A stretch of DNA of 64,000 nt, taken from the NCBI GenBank assembly GCA_951406725.2, contig OX597817.1:101184001-101248000 (forward strand), written 5' to 3'. Made by a program: the position numbers and the translations under genes. Positions 12,055-24,063 of this stretch are shown one piece after another. The stretch is from Octopus vulgaris (taxonomy: Eukaryota). The notes beneath the pieces are model-generated. The model was not told where the DNA came from, did not search any database, and saw only the letters and a list, made by a program, of their open reading frames with translations. Positions within the stretch are counted from its first letter, which is position 1. Every line of letters begins with the position of its first letter.

Positions 12055-12990
12055 TATACGTGGTCTGATCAATAAGTATCCGGACTGATACCATAGTAAC
12101 GGAGCTAAAGCACGCAGAGCAAAGCCACTTGGCACAGATTGACATTGAACTGTGATGTGCATCTACACGTAGTTGTAACGTTCTAGCTCACTTTCGTTGT
12201 TTACAGCAGTCCTTGGTTGGAATGTGTGTAGCGTGTGATCGTCGCATTACCCATAACAGAAATTTGAGCAGAGAATCTGCATCAAATTTTGCCAAAAGCT
12301 TGGCGATACCTGCTCAGAGGCCCACGCAAAATTTAAAAAAAGTTTTCATCGTTCTCGACACAATCAGGGAGACCTTGTGCAACTGAATCCGAGTGTCTTT
12401 TCGGTCAACTGATAGCAGTTTTGACACAAACTTGGCAGGCACATGTCTCATACTCAAATCATCAGTGATTATGGACTCAACTGAACCGCAATTAATCATT
12501 GCATCCTCTGATAACTCATGGATGGAAAGGCGGCGAGCTGGCAGAAACGTTAGTACCTCGGGCGAAATGCTTAGCGGTATTTCGTCTGTCTTTACGTTCT
12601 GAGTTCAAAATCCGCCGAGGTCGACTTTGCCTTTCATCCTTTCGGGGTCGATAAATTAAGTACCAATTGCGTACTGGGCTGATCTAATCGACTGTCCCCC
12701 TCAAAAATTTCGGGTCTTGTGCCTAGAATAGAAAAAGATAACTCATGGATGGTGATTCGACGATTCCCCCTCACAACTGCACGCACATCTGCGATGTTTT
12801 TTCAGTTCTGCTGATTGCGGGTCTCCGCAAACGTTCGTTAATATCGACATTTTTTCGGCCATCTTGAAAACGTCTGAACCACTGGTACACTTGTGTGAAG
12901 CTCATACGCTCCTCTCCGTACACTTTCTGCACCTTTGCGATGACCCCTGAGCAGGTATCGCCATGACAACTTTCTCTGTCAATCATTAAG
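12055..12990. mobile_element. Mariner-like transposon relic made of two oppositely oriented transposase 5' portions
   Basis: TIR-like TACGTGGTCTGATCAATAAGTATCCGGAC; + strand EQRICIKFCQKLGDTCSEA; - strand GDTCSGVIAKVQKVYGEERMSFTQVYQWFRRFQDGRKNV..RP and DDLSMRHVPAKFVSKLLS (mariner HTH and WVPxxL-like linker). Confidence 0.75.
12526..12736 (+). mobile_element. SINE family B, full copy with 16-bp TSD, inserted in the mariner relic
   Basis: TSD GATAACTCATGGATGG at 12510-12525 and 12737-12752; A-box/B-box-like head; central GCCTTTCATCCTTTCGGGGTCGATAAA motif. Confidence 0.9.
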
Positions 12991-13712
12991 GTCGCCTTTA
13001 TTTGTTGTTGTTATTAGTATTCGTACTATTATTGTGATATTTTGTATTCGTTTTTGTGTCACTGCAACAATATATGTTCTTATGAAATGATTGCTGGAGA
13101 ATAATACGCTGAGGAGACCCAAAGAAATCCGACAGTGCTTAATCACATTCCATCTGAGGATCGACCAAACGCACAGCTGTCACTGAATCATATTTACGTA
13201 TATAGTTATTTTCACGAATAATATTACATAATGATACATAAATGTTACATATATAGATGTAAACTCTTCAACTTTAAACTGGTGTCCGGTGCAGAAACGA
13301 ATGTTTTAATTTGCTATTAAAGCCTGCTTTTTCCATCTTAGTGTTAATAATTCTTACATTAATCTAATACAATATATATGTTGTTGGTAGGGTAATATCC
13401 AAGAGGTGTTCTCTTAAAGCACACCTGCTTGTTCAATTATTACAAGCCTGCATGTAGGTACTGTCATTATTGTATTGATGTGAGGTACATATCAGAGTTG
13501 AATATTCTGGAAATATTGTTTGCAGAGTTATTATGTAACAAGTTCCACATGTTAGATAAATATGTGGGGAATTTCCCATTAGAAATTCGTCAGACAGAGT
13601 ATCAAACAATACAAAACTTCCATGCGTGTGCGTGTCTTTGTGCATCTGCGAATCGGACTTTTGCATGTGTGTGTCTTTCTAAATTTACGGGTGCCTCAGA
13701 GTGCGTGCACAT

Positions 13713-13775
<63 letters not shown>

Positions 13776-15064
13776 CACACACACACATAGACACACACAC
13801 ACATATATATATATACACACATACACAAACACACACACACATATATATATATATATATTTACATGTATGTATATTCATGTGTTTGTGTGTGTTTGTGTGT
13901 GTGTTTGCATGTGTGTGTGCGTATTTGTGTGTGTACCTCTGTCTCCTTGTATGTGCATGTCTAAGTGAGTCTATGTATTGGTTTTTGTGATTATGTACGT
14001 GCGTCGTTTATGTATGGATGTCTGTCTCAATATGTGTCTTTGTGTGAAGTGTGCGTGTGTATAAGGTCATGTGTTTCAGTCTTCATTTGCGAATATCCAT
14101 ATTACCTATGTACCTATCTATTTGTATGTGTCTCTGTTCACATTCATATCCATTTACCTACATATATATTCATATACATATACGTATATACATGAAACCA
14201 ATAGCTTCGAAATATGTTGTTCACAAGACCTCAGCTTTGTCACACAACATGAAAATCAACATACTGATAGCAGACTTAGGATAATGAACAATGTGTTCCC
14301 ACTATGCAAACCCTATGAAACAAAGAAACATGTACAGAACTTCATGCACCGCATGCAATTCTCAGGAGTGCTAGAAAGGAATTAGATAACATTATATGTA
14401 ATGAAACCAGTGTGAGCAGCCCAAGATGTAGAAGTAAAGACTGGAATAGAGCGACAAAGCAAACAGGGTGAACACATGGTACAAGACCAACAAATATCAA
14501 GGAGTGATGTTTGTAGAGGCCACAGCCCATCGACAACTAGCCCGTAGATTTAGGAAATGATACTGTTTATAGTTTGTACTTACATGTTTAGGTGAGGGGT
14601 TTGCAGGTTGGTTGGAGGAAAATCATGTATGGAAAATCCTGGAGAGGTATGTTCCAGACTTCGGTATTAGAGAGAATGTTAATGCACAAACTGGCAGACA
14701 CTGGTTTCCAAATATACCACTTTGGAAATCACCAGTTTAATATTTAGATGTTCTAAACTGTTCAACTGCTTATCATAAGAAATCCGAAATATAAAATGAA
14801 ACATTAAAATAATAACGTTGGATAAACTCCTAACGACGATACAAGAACAACCAAGCATTCTAGGATACACTCAGAGAAGATCAACAGCTACAAACTCAAT
14901 CACAGACCATCTTCCTGCCATAAAGCAACAACAGAACCAATAGAAAACAAGTTAAGGCAATGCTGCTGCACGACCACAGACCTACGGCTGAAAGCATTCA
15001 AAGAATAAAAAAAGAATGTATGGGTATATGTGTGTGTGTGTGAGAGAGAGAGAGGATATGTGTG

Positions 15065-15121
<57 letters not shown>

Positions 15122-15122
15122 A

Positions 15123-15177
<55 letters not shown>

Positions 15178-15393
15178 CATAATTAAATCTCAGAATGAGA
15201 TTGAAACAGTAATCGCTCGATAATGTAAAGTATAGAAGCCATCTTATCATGGCTAACCACATTGGGGAGGGGGTGTTACTGTAGCTTTATAGCCCCAAGA
15301 GATCGTCGTCTCTAGCTGGCTTTAGACACAATATCAGTGTCCTTGGAGTATTTGCAAAGAGAGGCCATCCCTTCCTCGCAAGCCTGAGTGATA

Positions 15394-15436
15394 CGCTCGA
15401 ACTAGTTTCGGGATTGTTGTCTCTCGTCAACGGGCG
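15394..15436 (-). ncRNA. Minimal hammerhead-like motif with U at position 3
   Basis: Minus strand: cgcccg-TTGACGA-gaga-caacaa-tccc-GAAAC-ta-GTT-cgagcg (one mismatch each in stems I and II). Confidence 0.55.
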
Positions 15437-15706
15437 GTAACCACCAGGTCGCGATTAATTCTTTATTATGATTATAAAATCAGTACATAGAAGAACAATA
15501 CCGGACATACATACAAAAAACAGTTAAGTGGTTCGTTTAAAAATTTCCAAAATATATGGATTATTCATTATACAAAAAACTGTATTTAAATTGTCCTTTG
15601 CATTGACTAATATAACATTACATTAGATTGAAATCTTACCGATATATTTTAAACCCCGGCAACCTATAAGGCCCCGCAGCTCTCCTTTCCTCTTCTCCAT
15701 CCATAG

Positions 15707-18700
15707 TTAAACTGGGTTTCTGACACCCACCTTTTTCGCCACTTCCTTCCATCTTTTTTCATACACACCTCGTGGTAAGGTCTTCTTTTCCAGCCCCATT
15801 TTGCTCTTCAGATGATATCTGAAGTAAGTGAGCAAGCCGGGGCCTGAGACAAAGGATCCTATTGCGACTCCTTCTATTCTTGTACGCCACATGCATTCTT
15901 TTACTACTGCAACCGTGCAGTGAAAACATGTCACACCTTCCTTCGAGAGTCCAGTTGGCGGTATCATCTTAATCATAGACTCAGCCGACAGCTGTACTCG
16001 TCCCAGATGCGATAACACGTGTTCTGCGTAACTTATCAAGTCTGACAACTGCCGACAGTGTACAAAAGCGTGCTGGACGGTTTCATCGTCCAACCCGCAT
16101 CTTGGACATGTCGGTGGCACTGAAATTCCGTGCCGCGATAAGTTCTCGCGAACAGGTAAAGCATTCCTATAACACTGCCAGGCCAGGGATCTTTGGTAAT
16201 TATCCAAATACCCCGTCCTGAAAGTCTTTTTAAACAGGTTGGTAAGCTGGTCCTCGTCGAACCCAAGAGCCCCTCCTAGGACGTCGTCGTTCTTTGCTTC
16301 TACCAGCCTGCTATAAAATACCGAGGTGGTATTTCCGCAGCCGGCCTTGTCCGCCTTGTGGATCAGCGTGAGTGCCTGTCGACACTCCTTTTGCCATAAA
16401 GTCATATTCCGTCTTTTGATGTAACCGGGTTTAAAATTCACTAAGGAAGCCGGTCTCGGGAAAAATTCTCCTGCCAGCGGACTCCACACCTTATCACCCT
16501 CCAGGTGGTGCCAGAGATGCTTCAGCCTCAGCGCATGTCTGCGCATCATCAACCAAGGCATTCCTAACCCACCCTTTAACGGTTCCTGACAGCAAACGGA
16601 GCGCCTCACAAGTGGCTTTCCTCCTTTCCACAAAAAGCGGAAAAGGATTCGCTCCAACTTGCTAAGCCATGAATCGGGGCAAGGGACAACGGTCAGGCGG
16701 TAAGTGATTACAGATGCAATAAACATCTGTACCACCTCCGCCCTTCCTTTCAAGGACAGAAACCTTCCGGACCAGGTCCGTACTATGGCCTCCACCTTGC
16801 CCGCCACCTCACTCCAATTCCTCTCCGTTTGGGAGTCTGGCCCAAACCAGACTCCTAGCAACTTAACAGGATCATCTGTCCAGTGTCCCACGGCACTGGA
16901 CAATATCGACTTGCTCCTCCAGGTGCCGAGGCGTAAGCCAATCGACTTGTCCTTGTTAACCTTTGCTCCTGCCACCGCCTCGTATCCTCTGATAGCATCT
17001 TCTACACAAGGTAGCTGAGCCTATTTGGACACGATGAGGGTGACGTCATCCGCATAAGCAGAAACCGTCTTCCAGCCTCCGATCTCATCCGGGTTACTTT
17101 CCAGCTTCTCCAACTTTCGCAGCAATGGCTCGAGAGCCAACTCGTACAAAAGTGGTGACAAGGGGCACCCTTGACGAACTGAACATTCGATCGAAAACGG
17201 TTCCGTTAGGTAACCGTTTATCTGGACGGTGGACTTGATACCGCTATACATTGCGGAGATCCACCCGCGAAATTCAGGGCCCAATCCAGCCGCTTCGAGG
17301 ACCGTCGCCAGGTACTTATGGTCTACCCTATCGAACGCTTTACTTTGGTCTAAATGGACCATTACCCCGCCCTTGCCGGTTAATTTACCCACCCTATCTA
17401 AGGTGTAGCGTAATTGTCCTGGATCGACCTGCCTGGAATTGCACATGTCTGTGCTTTCCCTACAAGTTTATCCACGACAGTCGTCAACCTTTTTGCCAAC
17501 ACCTTGGCCAAAATCTTTAACTCTACATTAAGTAGAGTTATGGGCCTGTAATTACTAATGTTATCCCCCTTGCTCGGGTGTTTCTGGATTAGCGTCACCA
17601 CTCCCCGGCTTACAGAACTGGGAATTCTCCCGTTCTGCTGCCAGTTCGCGTAGACGCCTGCCAGTATTCCCCCGAACAAGTCCGGCATACTTTGATAAAA
17701 CTCGTAGGGCAGACCATCCAGCCACGGCGACTTCTCCCCGGCGCATCCGGCCAGTACCCCCTCTATCTCCGCGAGAGTGATCGCTCCTTCACAGCACTCC
17801 ACCTCACGCCCCGAGAGCCGCGGTCCGCCGGCTAGGAAGTCCTTTAAGGCCCTCCCCCGCTCCAGCGGACCACCACCCCCGAACGCGCGGGCGAAATGCT
17901 GGTGAAGAAACTTTTGCATCTCCTCCTGTCCATAGATCTTGTGTCCCTGTTCGTCAGTTAAAGACTTGATTGAAGCTTTGTTGCCTCTCTGACTCTCCAC
18001 TCGACGGGCCCATCCGGCAACGTAAATACCTTCTCGTTTCCCTGCGCGTAGCTTAGCTCTAACTCTGCAACCTTCGTGTTTGGAGTTAAGGTGATGGTAC
18101 AATACCGTCCTTGCCGCCATCACTCCGGATGCAGAGCCAGATTCCATTGCCTCGTTTAGATTCTTAACTAAATCGTCCTCTATCCTCGATCTATCTAACC
18201 TTAGCTGATTGCTAAATCTAATGGACTCTGAACGAATGGCTCTTTTGACGGAGTGCCACCATCTATTGTTAATGATGGTGCCACATAATGCCCTCTGTAT
18301 TAACACCTTAATCTGGTACGGAAGTCTTCACAATTCAAAATAGACTTGTTCAGCTTCCAATACCCGGGTCCCTGTCTATGACACTTATCTAATTGCACCC
18401 TACAAGTCACAAATTTGTGATCCGTGTAAGGCACAATGTAAAACTGTGGACAACTAAACGTATCCTTATCTCTTTTCCTAACGAATATCCTATCTATATA
18501 CAATCTGCGTGAGCCGTCGTTGTTACTCCACGTCCACTGTGGAACGCTCGGCTCATCCAGTCGATAACGGTCTACTAGGTTAAAGCTCTCTAGTAGACCC
18601 TTGAGGCTAGGGTTCCCCTTCCTATTGGTTGAGCCAACACTGTCGACCCGCGCTTCGAGGATAGTGCTTAAGTCCCCTACTAAGACTACCGTTTTCGACG

Positions 18701-19086
18701 TCACTAAAAAGTGCTCCAGATTCCGAAAAAAAACCCGACTGCCTACTCTCATTCGGAGCGTAGACAGCAACCAGCCTGAAGGACTGTTTACTTACGTGGG
18801 TCACATCCAGAACGACCAGCCTGCCTTCTGGGTTCAGAAAGACAGTACTTACCTGCAAGTCCAAGCTCTTCCTGATAAGGACTGCCACGCCCCTTCCTCT
18901 TCCTCGGCTAGGAGAAATAAATTTCTCGAAACCATTTAGAAGAGGCGAGAACGCTTGGGCCCCGTTCATCTTGGACTCGGTTACAATAGCTACGACCACT
19001 CCGTGTGTCGTGAGGTCGTTCAGGAGACAAATTTGTTTCCATTTCGACCCCATTCCACGCACATTCACACAACCCAGCTTTGCCAT
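15707..19086 (-). pseudogene. Tx1-like ORF2: APE endonuclease, RT and C-terminal zinc finger; about 3 frameshifts and 1 stop
   Basis: CVNVRG, VVLVGDL, IDRIFV, TDHK, GPGYWKLN (APE); NYRPITLLNVELKILAKVLAKRL, LDQSKAFDRVDH, VRQGCPLSPLLY, AYADD, KLLGV (RT); CPRCGLDDETVQHAFVHC (zinc finger). Confidence 0.93.
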
Positions 19087-19110
19087 TGTCGGAGAGAGAG
19101 AAAAAAAAAC

Positions 19111-20547
19111 TTACGGTTGGGACAGGGAGCATGACAGTTTAAATCTGCATGCTTCCCCTTCTTCTTCCCTTGTGGTCGTAGTTGCAGGGCTCTTAACCGG
19201 CGTTGCCATCGGGCTCTGGGTAGGTGTGGTTGCCGGGGTTATAGTAAGTTTACCCTCCAGTATTTCGTTAGTAACGTCTCTGATAAGGTTATTTTTTAAA
19301 TGTTCTTGGAGTGTTTTTTCCTTCCACTCGTCTTCTTTATTTTTGCAAAACGAGTGGTCGACTTAGTGTCTGCAGACTTACTGAATAATTTCAGTTTTGA
19401 AAATTTAAAATACTTGAACACTCTTTCATTTTTCTCGTCGAATGCTACAACCTTTTCATTTTTTAAAATCAATTTTTTCCAATCTTGTTTAATGGGGAGG
19501 GGCTTGGAGAACTGTGTTCCAATGAATACAGTGCCGTAGGGGTGGGGCTGGGGAATTTGTTTTGTATGTATCTCTGCGGTGTTTGCTGATTTTTTCTTTG
19601 TTTGGGGAGGGGAGTCCAGGGTATTTTCTTTTTTTCTTTTGTGTGTCACCTGTGTAAATTCCATTTGTTCATTTTTATCTTCCATTTCGATTCCCTTCCT
19701 TGTCGCAGTCTTGGGGTCTTTTTCCGCCTTTTCTTTATCTGTGTTTGAAGCACTTTGAGGAGGGGCTTCGCTGTTTTTCTTTTTTTTTTATGCAGTTCGA
19801 GCGGACGTGACCCTTTTCACCACATTTGAAACACCTAGGTCTGCGCCCCTCCACTGACACTCTCATTGTAATTCCGTCCTCAATAAATACCCTATCGGGT
19901 AAGTTTCCTAGCACATTACTTTCTGCTTGAACGAGGAGTTCGAGCGCTTGTCCCTTCCAGTGTACCTCCTCTTTCCTTTTCATCTGCAGAATTGAGACTT
20001 TCTGCTCTACGTCGTGCAGAACCGCTGCTGCTACCCACATTATATAATATCCTACTGGAATGTCTTCCACATATAGTTTCGCAGTTCTTTTTCCCATATA
20101 TGTAGGTAGTAACATGATGTCCTCACTTTTTAAGGTCATCGATGAAATATCTCTTGTCACATCAGCCGAGTCGAAATGTGCTTCAACGGTAGCGCTGCGG
20201 GCACCTCGACCGACGTGGCGAATTTTGCTCCACACCGGTGACAAGCATTTCTCTACTATTTCGTTCTTCACGTCCATTATTTTTTTCTCTTTGTTACTGT
20301 AAACCTTGTATACGACTATCTTAGCCTTTATTTCCTGTAATTTCGCTTGCGGCGGTACCAGTTTAATTTCATTGCCTTCCTTTTTTACCAAGTTCCGGTA
20401 TTCGAATAACTGTTCAATTTTAAATTCTACTTCCGTTATGTTTCCGCCCACTGCGGCCGAGAAAGACTGTTTTTTAACCTCGATATCCTTCTGTTCGCCT
20501 TTTCCCATCACGGGAAAGTCGCTCCTCGACGCCAAGTCGAATTCCAT
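19111..20547 (-). pseudogene. Tx1-like ORF1 (gag-like, CCHC zinc knuckle), frameshifted
   Basis: VEGRRPRCFKCGEKGHVRSNC; continues through 19685-19296 and a third frame ending ..LSCSLSQP* shortly before the ORF2 ATG. Confidence 0.88.
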
Positions 20548-21480
20548 TTCTCAAATTATGAGAACCAATTTTTCAATAAAAAAAATTACCCCGAAGGTAA
20601 TAACAATGTTTATACACAGAATTTTCAGCCCCATAGGGCGAAAATTACTGTCACACAACGGACAACTGTTCAATTCACGAGCAAACACAAACAACGACGA
20701 ACAAAAAATGAACTCACTCAACAAAATAGGCAGCTAACTTCTCAATACGCAGATGGAAGAGGGGTCCCTAGACGAGTTAAAACACCAGGTCGCGATGAAA
20801 GTGAAGGCTGCTTTGCAAATATATATAAGTTTTTCTAGTGGCGTCTGCCACTGATGTCGAAAAACGAACAGTAAGCATAATTAAATCTCAGAATGAGATT
20901 GAAACAGTAATCGCTCGATAATGTAAAGTATAGAAGCCATAATCCCGAAACTAGTTCGAGCGTATCACTCAGGCTTGCGAGGAAGGGATGGCCTCCCTTT
21001 GCAAATACTCCAAGGACACTGATATTGTGTCTAAAGCCAGCTAGAGACGACGATCTCTTGGGGCTATAAAGCTACAGTAACACCCCCTCCCCAATGTGGT
21101 TAGCCATGATAAGATGGGTTCTATACTTTACATTATATATATATATATATATATATGCATGTGTGCATGAGTATGGGTACGTCTGTTTGCTTATATGTGT
21201 CCGTCTCTTCCTTTTCTTTACTTATATAAATCCATTATAAGAATCTGTTCAACAAAACAAAAGACAACTAAAAATGAATACTACCTTGACAATACAATGT
21301 CACCCTAAAATATATTGTTAATTTCTCCGATCGTAGGTCAAGTAGATTGATTGTATTCAGTTTTGTAATTATCCGCCTCGGTTAATGTCAAAAAGTAAAA
21401 TTTGCCGACATTCTTACACAAAACTAATACCAATGCCATTTTTTTACTGTTTGTTCTTTTACTTTTGTGCATCTATTACA

Positions 21481-21645
21481 TTCTTCTTCTTCTTCTTCTT
21501 CTTCTTCTTCTTCTTCTTCTTCTTCTTCTTCTTCTTCTTCTTCTTCTCCTCCTCCTCCTCCTCCTCCTCCTCATCCTCCTTCTTCTTCTTCTTCTCCTTC
21601 TCCTCCTCATCCTTCTCCTTTTTCTTCTTCTTTTCTTCTTCTTCA
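21481..21645. repeat. (TTC)n/(TCC)n microsatellite
   Basis: Seen directly. Confidence 0.97.
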
Positions 21646-22881
21646 GCTCTTTCTTATTTTGCTAATACTTTCCCTTTCTCGTCTTCCTCTCCTTGTTGAC
21701 TTTGCCTTCCTATTTTTTTTCTTAGATTCCTTTCCCCTTTCTCTATTCTTGTATTGTTTCTCTTTACCTTCACTTTTATTTATCTTACTGTTGTTGTTCT
21801 TGTTTTTTCTCTTCAACTTCTATGTTCCCTTCCTTGATATATTTTCTCTTCCGTATTTCTTTCCTCTTACCTTCCCGCAAGCTTGTTCACTGGTGTACTA
21901 TGTGTCCCAGTGAACCCTGCCGAAATCTGAGTGTCAGAGGATCGCATCCATTGAAGAGTATGTTTATAAGCAATCTTCAGAAACCTAAACGACAATTGAC
22001 TTAAAACCATGAACAAAACCTTCTCAACCATGCTTAGTTTAGACTAAATAATAATATCCACCTCTATCTATCACTAAACAGTTCTTTTTCCGATTAATGC
22101 AACTCACACCAGGGGAAAAGGACCGCCCACTATGTGTATATACATATGTGTTTTTAAACACGCATGAAATTATTTAACTTTTTAGCTGAGTCCTGTCGAG
22201 GAAAGTTGGACCTTGTGAGAAAGAGGTTAGAAAGCCCGGGAACTTTTTCGGCTTCATTTATTCGATTCGTTTATACATAAAGGATCGGCTGTGCCTATAT
22301 ACTGGAAAACTATTACCCCAGCATTCATGTTCTTGAAGTCTGCTCATGATACTGGTCGGGATTGTGGTCGGTGGAAACATTTCTGCCTAGACAATTATAG
22401 TCATTTTTTTGTACATAAAAAAAATAAACATCTTGTATAGAAAAAGATGTAATGAAGTCGCAACATTACTTGCAGGTTTCGTATGCCGCGTCTGCGGTAA
22501 ACCTTATAGTTGTGCTAACCTTACATTACATGAACATCACAACTATGACTATCCAAATGACGAGCTTCATACAATGTGGTTAGGATTATATACTAATGGC
22601 CTGTCTACGGGGATTTTTGTAAAGATATCGAAGTCATTGAATTTAATCCGGTAGACTAATGCTATAACTTGGGCTGTTTAAATTGATGCTAAATATTTAT
22701 AGATCGCTGGGTAAGTATGTGCCTGAATACAGACACACATAGATACACACACACTCACATACATACACATACACACATATATACATATGTACATATATAT
22801 ATATATATATATACATACATATATAAAATATATATTTCTATATAAATACATATACATATACATATAAATCTCTCTCTCTCC

Positions 22882-22956
<75 letters not shown>

Positions 22957-22974
22957 TATATATATATAGAGAGA

Positions 22975-23400
22975 GGCGCAGGAGTGGCTGTGTTGTAAGT
23001 AACTTGCTTACCAACGACATGGTTCCGGGTTCAGTCTCACTGCGTGGCACCTTGGGCAAGTGTCTTCTACTATAGCCGCGGGCCGACCAATGTCTTGTGA
23101 GTGGATTTGGTAGACGGAAACTGAAAGAAGCCCGCCGTATATATATGTGTGTGTGTGCGTGTATGTGTGTGCGCGTGTATGTATATTTCTTGCTGTATTT
23201 GTCCCCACCATCGCTTGACAACCGATATTGGTGTGTTTACGTCCCGTAACTTAGTGGTTCGGCAGAAGAAACCGATAAAATAAGTACTATGCTAACAAAG
23301 AATAAATCCTGGGGCCAGTTTGTTCGATTAAAGGTGAGGCTCCAGCATTACCGCAGTCAAATGGCTGAAGCAAATAAAAGAATAAAAGGAAAGAATAAAA
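22975..23400 (+). mobile_element. SINE family A, full-length copy
   Basis: GGCGCAGGAGTGGCTGTGTTGTAAG (A box), GGGTTCAGTCTC (B box), CORE-like ACCTTGGGCAAGTGTCTT, internal (TG)n, tail ending in AATAAAAG repeats. Confidence 0.9.
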
Positions 23401-23407
23401 GAATATA

Positions 23408-23878
23408 TAAAGAAAACAGATTGACTAACAACAATTGATTTGCATCCATTATTATTTACTAATTATTTTCAAAAGACTGTATTCCATCTTACAGCTGTTT
23501 CTGCTGATAATATTCGTTGTTATCACCATTATTATGCTAAAAATATAAATCATCTTTAGTAATAAAACTGATTTGAATTATGGAGCATCATCGGAGTGGA
23601 AAATATCAACAAGACTTGATTTTCACCATATTCAACTTTACCTTCTTCTATTCCTGTCTCTTCTTTATTATTTATTCATCTATTTTCCACTCTGATGAAG
23701 CTGCATGATTCAAATCGATTTTATTACCAACTATGCTATATATTTTTAGCCTAATAATGGTGATACCAAAGAATATTGTAAGATGGGATGCAGTCTTTTT
23801 GTAAAGAATTAATAAATAATAATTGATGCAATTCAATTATTGTTAATGAATATTATCTCCATTTTCTGTTTTCTTTAA
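23408..23878. mobile_element. Old, diverged fold-back pLTR with hammerhead remnants
   Basis: Imperfect inverted arms (GAGTGGAAAATA / TATTTTCCACTC; AAAAGACTGTATTCCATCTTACA / TGTAAGATGGGATGCAGTCTTTT); CTGATGAAG on +, GAAACAGCTGTA on -. Confidence 0.65.
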
Positions 23879-24025
23879 ATTTTGATTCCTGATAAACTCC
23901 TGTTTATCCTAGCCTTCAACTAAAATTTATGAGCATATCATGTTTGCCCATAGGTAGTATACCGGTAGTATAATGGATACTTTTATCCCTTAGACGGTTA
24001 TTTTAACCTTTAACTCAGCAAAAGT

Positions 24026-24061
<36 letters not shown>

Positions 24062-24063
<2 letters not shown>

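Larger units (their letters stand above)
15456..20782 (-). mobile_element. Full-length L1/Tx1-clade non-LTR retrotransposon (about 5.3 kb) with 14-bp TSD
   Basis: TSD CACCAGGTCGCGAT at 15442-15455 and 20783-20796; ORF1 and ORF2 both present; AATAAA at the 3' end. Confidence 0.93.
15176..21136 (-). mobile_element. Small PLE-derived/retrozyme-like element (about 357-bp unit plus inverted arm) in (TA)n, split by the Tx1 insertion
   Basis: 67-bp direct repeat 15176-15242 / 20874-20940; inverted arm 15221-15415 / 20941-21136; HHR-like motif at 15394-15436(-); TA arrays on both sides. Confidence 0.75.

Noticed and set aside
13100-13190. CTGAGGA..CAGCTGTC hammerhead-like remnant
   Set aside because: GAAA core and stems are too degraded to support a call.
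14350-15010. Possible solo LTR or LINE 3' fragment
   Set aside because: No termini, TSD or protein motif that I could confirm.
22975-23050. tRNA genes at SINE heads
   Set aside because: A/B boxes are present but no complete cloverleaf; they continue into SINE bodies.
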